From a virus, in IMG/VR virus record IMGVR_UViG_3300023181_000005, positions 5,427 through 69,426 of that record: 64,000 bases of DNA. The stretch is one strand, 5' to 3'. Each line of letters starts with the position of its first letter. The first letter of the stretch is position 1. Positions 38,218 to 46,891 of this stretch are shown here, piece after piece. A program made the translations under genes and the position numbers. A model generated the notes under the pieces. It saw nothing but the letters and a program-made list of their open reading frames with translations. It searched no databases and had not been told where the DNA came from.

Positions 38218-39003
38218 CTAGTTTCTTTCTCCTCGGCATTGAGGTCCGCATGACAAATTCTCTTTGGGTGCCTCCATGCAAAGTGGGTCCAGTTCGTCTA
38301 GGAAGATGCGGACTGATTTCCCTTTCCTCACCCCTGGAGTATAGCGAGTAACTTTCACAAGCTTACATCCAATAGCTCGGGATTGTTCACATCGAAGCTT
38401 AAAAACATCTGGAAAGTCTCTGCGTGTCCTATTCCAATAGGCAGGTGAGCTAGATTTAACGCATCCAGGGCAGTTATTATTCTGGTATCCAAGGCGATAC
38501 ATCATGGGGATCTCGATGCCAGCCGCCGATACCATATCTTTACACGCCTTCTTGCTTAGATTCCAATCTAGAAGAATCCACTCAAGGCATAGTTCATGAT
38601 TGTTATTCTCGAAATTACGAACCCTCTTACGCTCCTCAATAGACATTCCGAATATATGAATATCATCTGGCTTTTGATAGCGGAATCTCGGAACCTTTTT
38701 CATCTCAACAGTACATTTAGCGCCCTGAACTCCGCTCATATAGCGGTTTTTCTCGAATACTTCGTTAATGTCCGCATACTTCGTGCTGCTGAGTATTTTA
38801 ATCTCCTTCCCGATCCATTGTTCAACGTCTCGTAAAAACCTTGGGTTGTCGGAATGCTCGCTGGCAAACGTATTGCAGTATAGCACCTCAACAGAGTCGC
38901 CATAAGTATCCACGGCAAGCTTTGCAGCTACTGCGCTAGGAGCGCCACAGGAGAACCACACAAGGCGGCGGCGAGGGCGGGTGAATAGATCGTAATCAGT
39001 CAT
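38218..39003 (-). CDS. PAPS-reductase-like (adenine nucleotide alpha-hydrolase) protein
   Basis: LVWFSCGAPSA (PP-loop variant), AKCTVEMK, IPMMYRLGYQNNNCPGCVK. Confidence 0.8.
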   Translation of the reverse strand: MTDYDLFTRPRRRLVWFSCGAPSAVAAKLAVDTYGDSVEVLYCNTFASEHSDNPRFLRDVEQWIGKEIKILSSTKYADINEVFEKNRYMSGVQGAKCTVEMKKVPRFRYQKPDDIHIFGMSIEERKRVRNFENNNHELCLEWILLDWNLSKKACKDMVSAAGIEIPMMYRLGYQNNNCPGCVKSSSPAYWNRTRRDFPDVFKLRCEQSRAIGCKLVKVTRYTPGVRKGKSVRIFLDELDPLCMEAPKENLSCGPQCRGERN

Positions 39004-39135
39004 TGGAGGTGCATTCTAGTTCCATGGATTTCATCCTCATTGTGAAAATGAGTTTCGCTAGTTTCGCTTCGAATTGCTCGGGGGTGAGTGGGTCGGGGAT
39101 GACTATTGGTTGGAACTCGTATGGTTTCATGTTGG

Positions 39136-40521
39136 TTAAAATACAGGTTCAAATCGGAAGAACTGCCCAAGTAAGCGCATCTTGATACTGACGTTCTTTG
39201 GTCCATCGCGGTTCTTGTGAATGGCGATCTCTCGGACGTTGCTCTCCTCGGAGCCTTCGCCCTCCTTCTCTTTTTGCTTCTCATATCCGCCTCTGGTCGC
39301 CTTCTTTTCTTCGATCCGCTTGATCTTGAGCATCACATCAGCGTCGTTCTCAATGTCCATTGCCTCGCGGGCCTCGCCATCGGTGTTCACTTGGCTGGGA
39401 ATGATGATCGTGATACCCAACGTCTTGCAGGTCTGCTTGAGTAGGCTTGTGATGTGGGCTATCTCGCGCTGGCGGCTGCTGGCCTTCTGACTGGTCAAGG
39501 CAAGCTGAACGTAGTCGATGAGGGCAATGAGCTTCTGCCCTTCCTTGAGCTTCTTCCTGCGGCGTTTCAGGCTGGAGACGATGCGCTCCACTCGGACGCC
39601 TGCACAGTCGATTACGCGAATATCCCAGTCTTTAATCTGCCTGACTGCCTTCTGAAAAGCTTCGCCTTGGGCTCGGGTGTACTTCCCAAACTTCACCACA
39701 TCGCGGGCTAGGTTTCCTTGCGAGCAAACCATGCGGCCACCTTCCTCCTTATCCATCATCTCATAGGTGTAGATGTCGCAGGCGTGACCCTGGGAACAAG
39801 CGTGCTCAAGCATCTGCCGCGCCAGGGATGACTTGCCGTCACTGGATGCAGCGGCTATCACCCAGAGCCGTCCTTGCTCAAGGCCTCCGGTCTTTTCGTC
39901 CAGCCATCCAATGCCGGTTGATACCCCTGGCAGCTTCCCGGCGCTCTCTGCTTGCGCCTGAGCGTCGTCTATCACTGCGTCTAGGATCTCAGCTATCGGT
40001 CGGTGCGGAATCTCGTCTGCAAGGTCTTCTTGCGTGACTTGGGATAGAACCGTTTCGACTTCTTGGCAGATGCTCGCCAGCGTGCTTTCGCCTGGAACTG
40101 AGCTGTAGGACTGAACGAGGGATAGGCTGGCGGCTAGCGCACCGATTTTGAGCCGCAAGGTAGCGGCCTCCATGAGGGTGTTGAGGTAGAAGTTGAAGTG
40201 CGTAGGAATCGGGCATTGCATCCCGAGTTCGGTCAGCTTGTAAGCGCCTCCGATGGCGTCCAGGTCGCCTTTCTTGCGGGCAAATACAGTCAGGGATGGC
40301 GCGTCAATCGGCAGGTGCTCCTTGTGCATCTCGGTCAGGAGAAGGAAGATGCGGCGGTTGGCGTCGACATGGAAAAGTCGGGAGGAAACGAGTTCAGCGT
40401 CCAAGCGGTCTGGAATCTGGATCAAGCAGGCGAGAATCCCCTCTTCCGCTTCATTGGAGAACGGGAGCGGTTGGTTCAGGCTGGCAAGGATTGCCTCGGT
40501 TGTTGGAGGGATGGGGATCAT
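39136..40521 (-). CDS. dnaB: Replicative DnaB-like helicase
   Basis: N-terminal PFSNEAEEGIL, GVSTGI..LD..TGGL, Walker A AASSDGKS, YEM, IDYVQL, SQVN, IENDAD, KNRDG. Confidence 0.92.
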   Translation of the reverse strand: MIPIPPTTEAILASLNQPLPFSNEAEEGILACLIQIPDRLDAELVSSRLFHVDANRRIFLLLTEMHKEHLPIDAPSLTVFARKKGDLDAIGGAYKLTELGMQCPIPTHFNFYLNTLMEAATLRLKIGALAASLSLVQSYSSVPGESTLASICQEVETVLSQVTQEDLADEIPHRPIAEILDAVIDDAQAQAESAGKLPGVSTGIGWLDEKTGGLEQGRLWVIAAASSDGKSSLARQMLEHACSQGHACDIYTYEMMDKEEGGRMVCSQGNLARDVVKFGKYTRAQGEAFQKAVRQIKDWDIRVIDCAGVRVERIVSSLKRRRKKLKEGQKLIALIDYVQLALTSQKASSRQREIAHITSLLKQTCKTLGITIIIPSQVNTDGEAREAMDIENDADVMLKIKRIEEKKATRGGYEKQKEKEGEGSEESNVREIAIHKNRDGPKNVSIKMRLLGQFFRFEPVF

Positions 40522-41273
40522 TTGCGGGAGCGGTCAGGATCGTAGGTTCGGCCAAGATCAACTTCTTCAGTCCAGTTGTTCAGGAGGGTGGCGAGTTTCC
40601 TGCGTTTGTAATCACAGCCCGATGTAGCGTGAAGCCAGCGGACGACATCAAAATCCTCACCGTTGAGCGGTTGGAGTTTGCGCCAAGCCTTAATTTCCTT
40701 TTCGTCCCATCGGGTCGAGGCTCTGCGGTTGAACCATGAAGCGACCTCAATCTGTTGTGGCGTTGGATTCCAATTTGATTTTTTGGAGTCAGTTTCGCCA
40801 GTATTGGACTCTTCTTCTGAATCTGCATTCTGCCTCTGCATGGCGTTACATGCGTTACCGTCCGTTACATCACCGTTACCACTATCCGTAAATCCTTGAG
40901 TCTGAGCCTTTTTCGCCGCCCTATGCTTCCTAACTCGGAGGCGAACAGTTTCTCGAAGTTGGTCAGCGTCCCTCATAGCCCGGTATGTCTCATAATTGAT
41001 AATCCGCCATCCGTAGCCAGCACGTTGAACCGGCTCGATTCGGCATCCACGCTTGTCCTTTGTCTTGGATCTCGGGTCAGGCTTTTGAAGCTCAGCAAGC
41101 CCCCATTCAACCTCCTCTAAAGAGGCCCCGATGCGGCGAGCAATCGCCATTTCGGTCATAATCACGTATCCTTCGCCGTCAGCGCAGAGAAGAAGATCGG
41201 TAAAGAAGTGCCTCAACTTTCGGTCGTCTGCGATAGACGAGTCGAGGATTTGCTGGAATAGCTTAACAAACAT
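40518..41273 (-). CDS. Replication initiator (replisome organiser), paralogue 1
   Basis: Coupled to dnaB; N-terminal wHTH-like domain, RxRVRKHR helix, iteron-coded linker (GNGDVTDGNACNA). Confidence 0.8.
   Translation of the reverse strand: MFVKLFQQILDSSIADDRKLRHFFTDLLLCADGEGYVIMTEMAIARRIGASLEEVEWGLAELQKPDPRSKTKDKRGCRIEPVQRAGYGWRIINYETYRAMRDADQLRETVRLRVRKHRAAKKAQTQGFTDSGNGDVTDGNACNAMQRQNADSEEESNTGETDSKKSNWNPTPQQIEVASWFNRRASTRWDEKEIKAWRKLQPLNGEDFDVVRWLHATSGCDYKRRKLATLLNNWTEEVDLGRTYDPDRSRK
40844..40879. repeat. Iterons, probable replication origin inside the initiator gene
   Basis: CGTTAC x4 at 40844, 40853, 40863 and 40874; the same motif recurs upstream of the gene (TGTAACGTTACA 41289-41300, CGTTAC 41304). 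Confidence 0.7.
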
Positions 41274-41338
41274 GTCGGGAGTAATTACTGTAACGTTACA
41301 ATGCGTTACATGTTAAAGCAACACCAATTCAACGGGAA

Positions 41339-41764
41339 TTAAAAGTGAGGACTCATATGCTCCCTAGCCATGTCTTGTTCAATGGCATCGGCACAGTTAT
41401 CCAGCCACTCTTTGGCCCGCTTTTTAAAGTCGAACTCAGCCCAAGGTGGAGAATCCGGCCTTCCTTCATCTTCATCCGGCATCCAAGCGCATCGCGCCGC
41501 CCATGCTTTCGATTGCCTGATCCCGGCCAGCATGCAAGCAGGGCATCCTTCGGCGTAGAACTCCAATGAAGAGAGTCCTCCCTCATCAAACAAATCACCC
41601 AACAGGGAGGCGCTCAGAGGCTCCAACTTGCCAAGGCGGCACATATTGCATGACCGATCTGGATTGAGCGTGCAGTGCGCCTCATGCTTTATCATCGCAG
41701 CTTTTCCGCAACTACCCTTGCGGCAGTGATCGCAGTAGTATCGTAAAACTCGTTTTGTTCTCAT
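41339..41764 (-). CDS. Cys-rich hypothetical protein
   Basis: YYCDHCRK...HEAHC...CNMC...CPAC. Confidence 0.65.
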   Translation of the reverse strand: MRTKRVLRYYCDHCRKGSCGKAAMIKHEAHCTLNPDRSCNMCRLGKLEPLSASLLGDLFDEGGLSSLEFYAEGCPACMLAGIRQSKAWAARCAWMPDEDEGRPDSPPWAEFDFKKRAKEWLDNCADAIEQDMAREHMSPHF

Positions 41765-42078
41765 TGCGCAGCCCTCACTATTTGAGTTTTAAGAAACCAG
41801 TTAGTCGGCTCGTTGATGAACGCTTTCCAAGTGACGCACTTGTCCAGCCAGTCTTTGCGTAGGGATTCATTGTCTGCATTGCAGCACTCGCAAACCAAAG
41901 GGTTGCCTCCAGCATGCGCCATATCATTCGTGTACAAGCCGCGCCACAGATCACCGATTTGGAATTTGTGACCGCAGAATCCACAGCGGAAATTCTCGCC
42001 CGGCTTGGCGCACGACCATCTCGCTTTGCATTCCTGCTCGGTCGCAGGGCGCAGTTCATTTCGGAAGATGTTGCTCAT
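41761..42078 (-). CDS. Zn-finger hypothetical protein
   Basis: FRCGFCGH...VCECC. Confidence 0.6.
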   Translation of the reverse strand: MSNIFRNELRPATEQECKARWSCAKPGENFRCGFCGHKFQIGDLWRGLYTNDMAHAGGNPLVCECCNADNESLRKDWLDKCVTWKAFINEPTNWFLKTQIVRAAQ

Positions 42079-42284
42079 ATGTCAATTTTGAGTTCCGAAG
42101 AAATACGCCCAACTGCGCCGTGCATCCCCTCAAGAACCATCGCCTTGAAGCATTCTGAAAGAGCTACCCTAACCCTGTCAGCTTCTTCCTCCTTTTTCTG
42201 CAATGCCTCAAAAAGATCCGGCGTGCAAAAGTATCCACCACCGTAATCTCGATGCGTATGTTCGATAAAATCGTCAGTAAGCAT
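42075..42284 (-). CDS. Hypothetical protein
   Basis: 69 aa, ATGA overlap. Confidence 0.5.
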   Translation of the reverse strand: MLTDDFIEHTHRDYGGGYFCTPDLFEALQKKEEEADRVRVALSECFKAMVLEGMHGAVGRISSELKIDI

Positions 42285-42298
42285 AAATACAAAAATTT

Positions 42299-42403
42299 GC
42301 CGCTCTGATCTATCTCCTGAGTGCGCCCCGTACTACGGGCAGGAGACAGATCGGAACGGCCAATGCTGCATTATTTGAAACTGACCGAGGGCACTACTCC
42401 TCG
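42299..42403 (-). promoter_or_regulatory. Structured intergenic RNA element
   Basis: 21-bp stem 42299-42319/42340-42360 (2 GU pairs and 1 mismatch on the minus strand), inner hairpin CCCGT/ACGGG, second hairpin 42386-42403. Confidence 0.55.
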
Positions 42404-42482
42404 ATTTGTCTAACCCTCAAACCCTACACTCCAACCTCATCCGCGCAAGAGGGAATTATCGTTTCTCTCGGTGGCACATTGG

Positions 42483-42791
42483 TTATTGGCACAGGTCGCA
42501 TATGCACGCGTAGTAGCCAATCTTCGGCCATTTATTCAGCGTTGCCTCGATCTTGCTGACCTTGTTTTTACATTTCAGGCAGGTAAGCGTACCTCCAGGA
42601 ACTTCCTTCCACTGCCTAGAGTCTTGTGCTCGTCGCTTAACTTGAGCTTCCGGCTTCTTAACGTACTTGGCTGTCGCTTTTTTAGCCTCTTCGCTACTGT
42701 TCCACTTCTTGACAGCTTTTTTACCCGCCTCAGTCTTGCGGTATTCACGGGCAGCAACAGCTAGCGGGTGCATTGATAATTCTCGTTTCAT
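42483..42791 (-). CDS. Basic hypothetical protein with Zn-ribbon
   Basis: Lys-rich repeats, CLKC...CICDLC. Confidence 0.55.
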   Translation of the reverse strand: MKRELSMHPLAVAAREYRKTEAGKKAVKKWNSSEEAKKATAKYVKKPEAQVKRRAQDSRQWKEVPGGTLTCLKCKNKVSKIEATLNKWPKIGYYACICDLCQ

Positions 42792-42804
42792 ATATCTTTC
42801 GCAT

Positions 42805-43143
42805 TCATACTCGTTCCTCCAAAACCTTAGCTTTCTCCGCGTCCTCGCTGGATGCGCTCAGGGCTGATTGAATTGTACGGAGATCAATCAGAATTGAGCC
42901 AGGATAATGCCACACTCCTTGGCGCTCGTATGCGGCCAGCAGGTCTTGGCACGCCTTTACCATTAGTCTCACAGAGGATGGCTTAATCCCTCCATAAACC
43001 TCTATCACTGCTTCCTTCACATTTCCAAATGCTGCTAACTGGGCAGAATATCCCTCAGGAAGCTCTATCTTATTTTGATTCCAGTCATTCAGGGTCTTGT
43101 AATAGACCTCAGATAACTCAGCGTCGGTTGGTAGCTCATTCAT
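42805..43143 (-). CDS. Hypothetical protein
   Basis: 112 aa. Confidence 0.55.
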   Translation of the reverse strand: MNELPTDAELSEVYYKTLNDWNQNKIELPEGYSAQLAAFGNVKEAVIEVYGGIKPSSVRLMVKACQDLLAAYERQGVWHYPGSILIDLRTIQSALSASSEDAEKAKVLEERV

Positions 43144-43152
43144 AATTGTCGC

Positions 43153-43395
43153 TCATCCTTGTTTCTCCAGTTCTGTTATTGCTCTCTTTAAGTAAACCGC
43201 TTGGTCCAGACATTCCTCGTAGGCGTGCTGGAGCCATTGTAAATGCGTGAGCGGATTGTCTGCCACTGTTACACCATACTTAGACAGTCCGAATGCCTGA
43301 CGCTTTGCAACGTCTTGGCAAACCATGGCTTCGATGCCTGATGGAGTGGGCGGCTTCGGCTGCATTGAGCCAGTTGGCGCGATGGGTGTTATCAT
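43153..43395 (-). CDS. Small all-alpha nucleotide pyrophosphohydrolase-like protein
   Basis: GLSKYGVT...WLQHAYEECLDQAVYL (EExxD). Confidence 0.55.
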   Translation of the reverse strand: MITPIAPTGSMQPKPPTPSGIEAMVCQDVAKRQAFGLSKYGVTVADNPLTHLQWLQHAYEECLDQAVYLKRAITELEKQG

Positions 43396-43536
43396 GGTGA
43401 GAAAAATGAACCTGAATCGTTGTCTTCCAAATCCGCCAGCCACATAGACAGGCAGTCTTGGTGCTTAAATCGCCAGTAGTCGCAACCTACTAGCTGTGCG
43501 CCAGGATCGGTTGATGAGCATCGTTCGAAAAATTCG

Positions 43537-43728
43537 CTAGGTGGGTTCATTCGGGTTCTTTGTTTTTAGTTCTGAGACCATGGCGTTCTTGTTGTGGTAT
43601 CGCTTAGAGTCCCAAACGCTAAGACGGCAGACCGGACCAGCAATCTCTTGGATCTGCGCTCGGCACCACTTGGGTTTATCCTTCTTGGTGGCGGCAAATA
43701 GCACGTACACTGTGTCGCCAACATTCAT
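43537..43728 (-). CDS. Small SH3-like protein
   Basis: MNVGDTVYV...AQIQEI. Confidence 0.5.
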   Translation of the reverse strand: MNVGDTVYVLFAATKKDKPKWCRAQIQEIAGPVCRLSVWDSKRYHNKNAMVSELKTKNPNEPT

Positions 43729-44105
43729 AATGGTATTGAGATTTGTTCCATGTCGCCGCACTTGGACTTCGTGACCTTAGACAGCGGAACGCCATCAGCA
43801 ACGCACTCTTCGCCATTGTCCACGGTTCGAGTCTTCATTAGTTCGATGTACTCCGTAGCAGACTCGTTGGCGGTTGGGCCTTCAAAGGTCGCGTACACTT
43901 CTCCGAACGGTTCCCATTCCCAATTAGCCTTCTCATTCGCCTTGGCAGTGTTAGCCCACATTAACTGACTCACACTAACGATTCGACGCTGTGCCACATC
44001 TGGGATTTCTATCAGACCCTTTGGCCTACTAGTTTTCGATGCTCCACGCTTGATCTTTTCAAACGTGCCTATTTTAAGGTCTCCTGGTGCTGGCTTGTTG
44101 TTCAT
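43725..44105 (-). CDS. Hypothetical protein
   Basis: 126 aa. Confidence 0.55.
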   Translation of the reverse strand: MNNKPAPGDLKIGTFEKIKRGASKTSRPKGLIEIPDVAQRRIVSVSQLMWANTAKANEKANWEWEPFGEVYATFEGPTANESATEYIELMKTRTVDNGEECVADGVPLSKVTKSKCGDMEQISIPL

Positions 44106-44108
44106 ACT

Positions 44109-44489
44109 TCAATCTCCGTTAGCTGTTTCGTTTTGTGGTGGAGGCGGGAGCGGGCGGAAATGGGTTGCTGGATAACTATGCGTTTCTTCATAAGCAAAAG
44201 AAGCGACTGCATTATCAGTCCATGCGCCAATTTGAGTTGAGCCTCTAATATCGTCATAAGTGAAATCAAACGTGGCATCCCAATAAGAGGATCGTTGTTG
44301 CCATTTGTTGTTAGTCTTGTCAAACCAAGCAATCAGGACGGTAGAACCATCCTTCGGAGCCTCCCCTATCGGCCTCCACCCGCAGAGTTCACGGATAGCG
44401 ATTGCGGCAGCTTTCTTAACATCTTCATTTGATAGAGGCACTAAATCTCTTAAAGTCCACGCCAGTTCTTCCTCGGTTATTTGGTTCAT
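44109..44489 (-). CDS. DUF551-like protein
   Basis: WRPIGEAPKDG...ATHFRPLPPPP. Confidence 0.75.
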   Translation of the reverse strand: MNQITEEELAWTLRDLVPLSNEDVKKAAAIAIRELCGWRPIGEAPKDGSTVLIAWFDKTNNKWQQRSSYWDATFDFTYDDIRGSTQIGAWTDNAVASFAYEETHSYPATHFRPLPPPPQNETANGD

Positions 44490-44650
44490 TACTTCGCCCC
44501 CTTTCTCCTCGCGGGCTTCCCAACCGGCATCATAGCAAGTCGCGTCTTAACCGCAGCCTCCACGAATTGCTGCAAAGTCTCGCCGGTTTCCAGCGCCCTC
44601 TTTTTTACCGCCAGATGGAGTTTCTCGTCAATGTTTACTGTTTTATTCAT
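44489..44650 (-). CDS. Ribbon-helix-helix protein (53 aa, not in track)
   Basis: MNKTVNIDEKLHLAVKKRALETGETLQQFVEAAV. Confidence 0.7.
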   Translation of the reverse strand: MNKTVNIDEKLHLAVKKRALETGETLQQFVEAAVKTRLAMMPVGKPARRKGAK

Positions 44651-44692
44651 GAGCGGCATTATCGCATGAGTGTGAGATTACACAACTACATT

Positions 44693-45193
44693 TTAGAGAT
44701 TTTCATTCATAGCCCATTGAGCGATGAGGGCAGCGTCAAACAAACCCGAGTGCGCTTTGCTGCTTCTCTTGGTCGCAAGCCACGACTCGTTAGGCCATAG
44801 CTCCTTGGCTTTAGCGAGTGCCAGCACCTTCGTATCATCGCCCTTCTTTGGGGCCAGCATCGGCTTCTGCCATGTGTGAGCGGTGATCGCCTTGTATGGG
44901 ATGCCCTTGAGTTCGCAGAGGCAGCGTAGGGCCGCGAATGAAGCCGCCATTGATTTAGCGGCGTTCGCAGATTTGCTGCCGCTTGGGGTTTCGATGATGG
45001 CTGTTGAGTGTAGCTCAAGGTTGTTTTCTTGAATCCAAGCCCAGAGAGCCTTCACATCTACCTCCATGCCCTTTCTAGCCTTCTGGACTGGCATTGCACG
45101 CATAGCAATGATTCCAGCGCCAGGAGTTGCGGAGAGGGCGCAGATGCCGCCGCCGAGACCGTTGTCAAAGCCTAAATATAGGGAGGTGGTCAT
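44693..45193 (-). CDS. RuvC-like Holliday junction resolvase
   Basis: YLGFDNGLGGGI, IIE, W, AKELWP, DAALIA. Confidence 0.8.
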   Translation of the reverse strand: MTTSLYLGFDNGLGGGICALSATPGAGIIAMRAMPVQKARKGMEVDVKALWAWIQENNLELHSTAIIETPSGSKSANAAKSMAASFAALRCLCELKGIPYKAITAHTWQKPMLAPKKGDDTKVLALAKAKELWPNESWLATKRSSKAHSGLFDAALIAQWAMNENL

Positions 45194-45531
45194 GGTGATG
45201 GTGGCTTTGGGGCTTTACGCCAATGCGTAGCTGAAGGGCCCCCATCCTCAAAGGCATCATTACTGTGGTTTCTCCATGGCAGATGATAACCCTCAACGTA
45301 TCGGCATATTGCAACCCGGATAGGCGTGCTTGAGTATCCGCTGTCACCGCAAAGCTCAATAAATCTGCCATCCTTCGGTGCACTTTCAATAGGCTCCCAA
45401 CGCTCACACTCCGCAATCGCCAACTTAGCAATCTCAACCCAGTCGTTGAAGGTGTCAGTGTTTCGCAACTTTGGGTCAGTTCCCCATTGCGAGGTTTCGA
45501 GGATCTTTGCTAGTGATTCGGGGGTGGTCAT
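45190..45531 (-). CDS. DUF551-like protein
   Basis: WEPIESAPKDG...ATHWRKAPKPP. Confidence 0.7.
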   Translation of the reverse strand: MTTPESLAKILETSQWGTDPKLRNTDTFNDWVEIAKLAIAECERWEPIESAPKDGRFIELCGDSGYSSTPIRVAICRYVEGYHLPWRNHSNDAFEDGGPSATHWRKAPKPPSP

Positions 45532-45920
45532 TGAGTTGGTCCTTTCTGTTCTTGATGCCAAGTCCACATAATGTCGCGGACGTATGGAGAAATGCTGTGT
45601 GTATCGCAAAGAGCGTCAAACTTTTGCCGCTCCTCATTCACTGGATTTTTAACGTCCAGGTAATGCGTTGATTGTGGCTCCTTCGCATACCCTGAAGTCC
45701 AAATATCGCCATCTGTTGAGGTGCCGAAATAGAATCGTGTACAGCCCTCCGTAATTGGCGGCATCGGGTCAGTGATTGGGAGTGGTTCGTTAGTAATTGG
45801 AGGCTCTGGGAGAGTTGCTATAGCAGCCCGGAAGTCATCATTCCAGCTATCGCTCTTGCCTTTTTGGTAAAGTGATCGCGCATCTCTAATTTGATCCTCT
45901 GTGCAATGTCCTGTTCTCAT
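45528..45920 (-). CDS. Hypothetical protein, paralogue of 56720-57151
   Basis: LPITDPMPPITEGCTRF. Confidence 0.6.
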   Translation of the reverse strand: MRTGHCTEDQIRDARSLYQKGKSDSWNDDFRAAIATLPEPPITNEPLPITDPMPPITEGCTRFYFGTSTDGDIWTSGYAKEPQSTHYLDVKNPVNEERQKFDALCDTHSISPYVRDIMWTWHQEQKGPTQ

Positions 45921-46140
45921 ATTTCAATATCTAGCTAAGGTTTCGTTCTTCTTCTCTTTCTGATGCCAGCCTTCTTGTTGTCCTCGTAGGTAGGCTTTCT
46001 TTTCTGCCGCTTGCAGAGCCTCAATGGAGATTAATGAATTGCGGCGTACAACGCTGTTGTGGTAGATGCCACAAGCCAGCGCGGTTAAGGCAGAGCATGC
46101 CAAGGCGAGGGAGATTGGGTATTCTGTGAATAGGGTCATG

Positions 46141-46539
46141 TCAGAACTTTTTGCCATGTAGGTGTGGCCGAGTGGTGTTGTAGCCATGCTTGGCTTGAAT
46201 CGCTTTCAGAATATCAATCCCAAGACGACGACATTGATCGAAGGAGCGAATCACAATATCCGCATACTCCTCCTCGGCACATGTGAGCGGCGGCAATCCA
46301 AGCGCCTCCATCTTTTCCGCTTTGTCGCATGGTTCATTGAGCGATCCAGTGCGGACCGCAGAGAAAAGCTCACTCACCTCCTCATGCAGAAGGTTAGAGT
46401 GCATGATGACGAATTGCTCATCGGTTTCACCTCGCTCTTTGGCGTCATGGAATCCTTTAGAGATTGCATTAGCATGCGCGGCATCTGCGATGTCGTCGAT
46501 AGTTTGAAGGCGTTGTAATTCGGTCCAGTTGAGTGTCAT
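46141..46539 (-). CDS. MazG-like nucleotide pyrophosphohydrolase
   Basis: LHEEVSELF...EEEYADIVIR...KHGYNTTRPHLHGKK. Confidence 0.85.
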   Translation of the reverse strand: MTLNWTELQRLQTIDDIADAAHANAISKGFHDAKERGETDEQFVIMHSNLLHEEVSELFSAVRTGSLNEPCDKAEKMEALGLPPLTCAEEEYADIVIRSFDQCRRLGIDILKAIQAKHGYNTTRPHLHGKKF

Positions 46540-46556
46540 AAGTGGTGATGGTGCGG

Positions 46557-46880
46557 TTATGAGAAGTGGCAGGTGTGAGAAGCAAAGGGAATATCATCTT
46601 TCTCCATGCCGTGATTGTGACCACCTCCGCCTTGTGGTGGTGATTGCCTAGAAGGTGACTGTTGCTGCTTTTGCGGAGGGCCAATTTTTGCATTACCAAG
46701 GATGGGGCCACGCTCTCCAGCTTCACGCGCCTCTTTCGGAACGCTCTGAACTACCATATGGGTGTCACCCCACTGGCTAGGCTTTTCAATGAGAATGATG
46801 TCTAAATACTTTGCGCCATTCTTACCGGCAAAAAGCCATTTCTTTTCGATTTTTGTGCAATCTATCTTGATGGTATCCAT
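46557..46880 (-). CDS. Single-stranded DNA-binding-like protein
   Basis: KIDCTKI...GAKYLD...PILGNAK, Q/G linker, acidic DDIPF tail; next to exonuclease and Bet. Confidence 0.7.
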   Translation of the reverse strand: MDTIKIDCTKIEKKWLFAGKNGAKYLDIILIEKPSQWGDTHMVVQSVPKEAREAGERGPILGNAKIGPPQKQQQSPSRQSPPQGGGGHNHGMEKDDIPFASHTCHFS

Positions 46881-46891
46881 AATTAGTTATA

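Noticed and set aside
38218-39003. DndC-type phosphorothioation or sulfate assimilation system
   Set aside because: No partner dnd/ssp or cys genes; solitary PAPS-reductase-like genes are common in phages.
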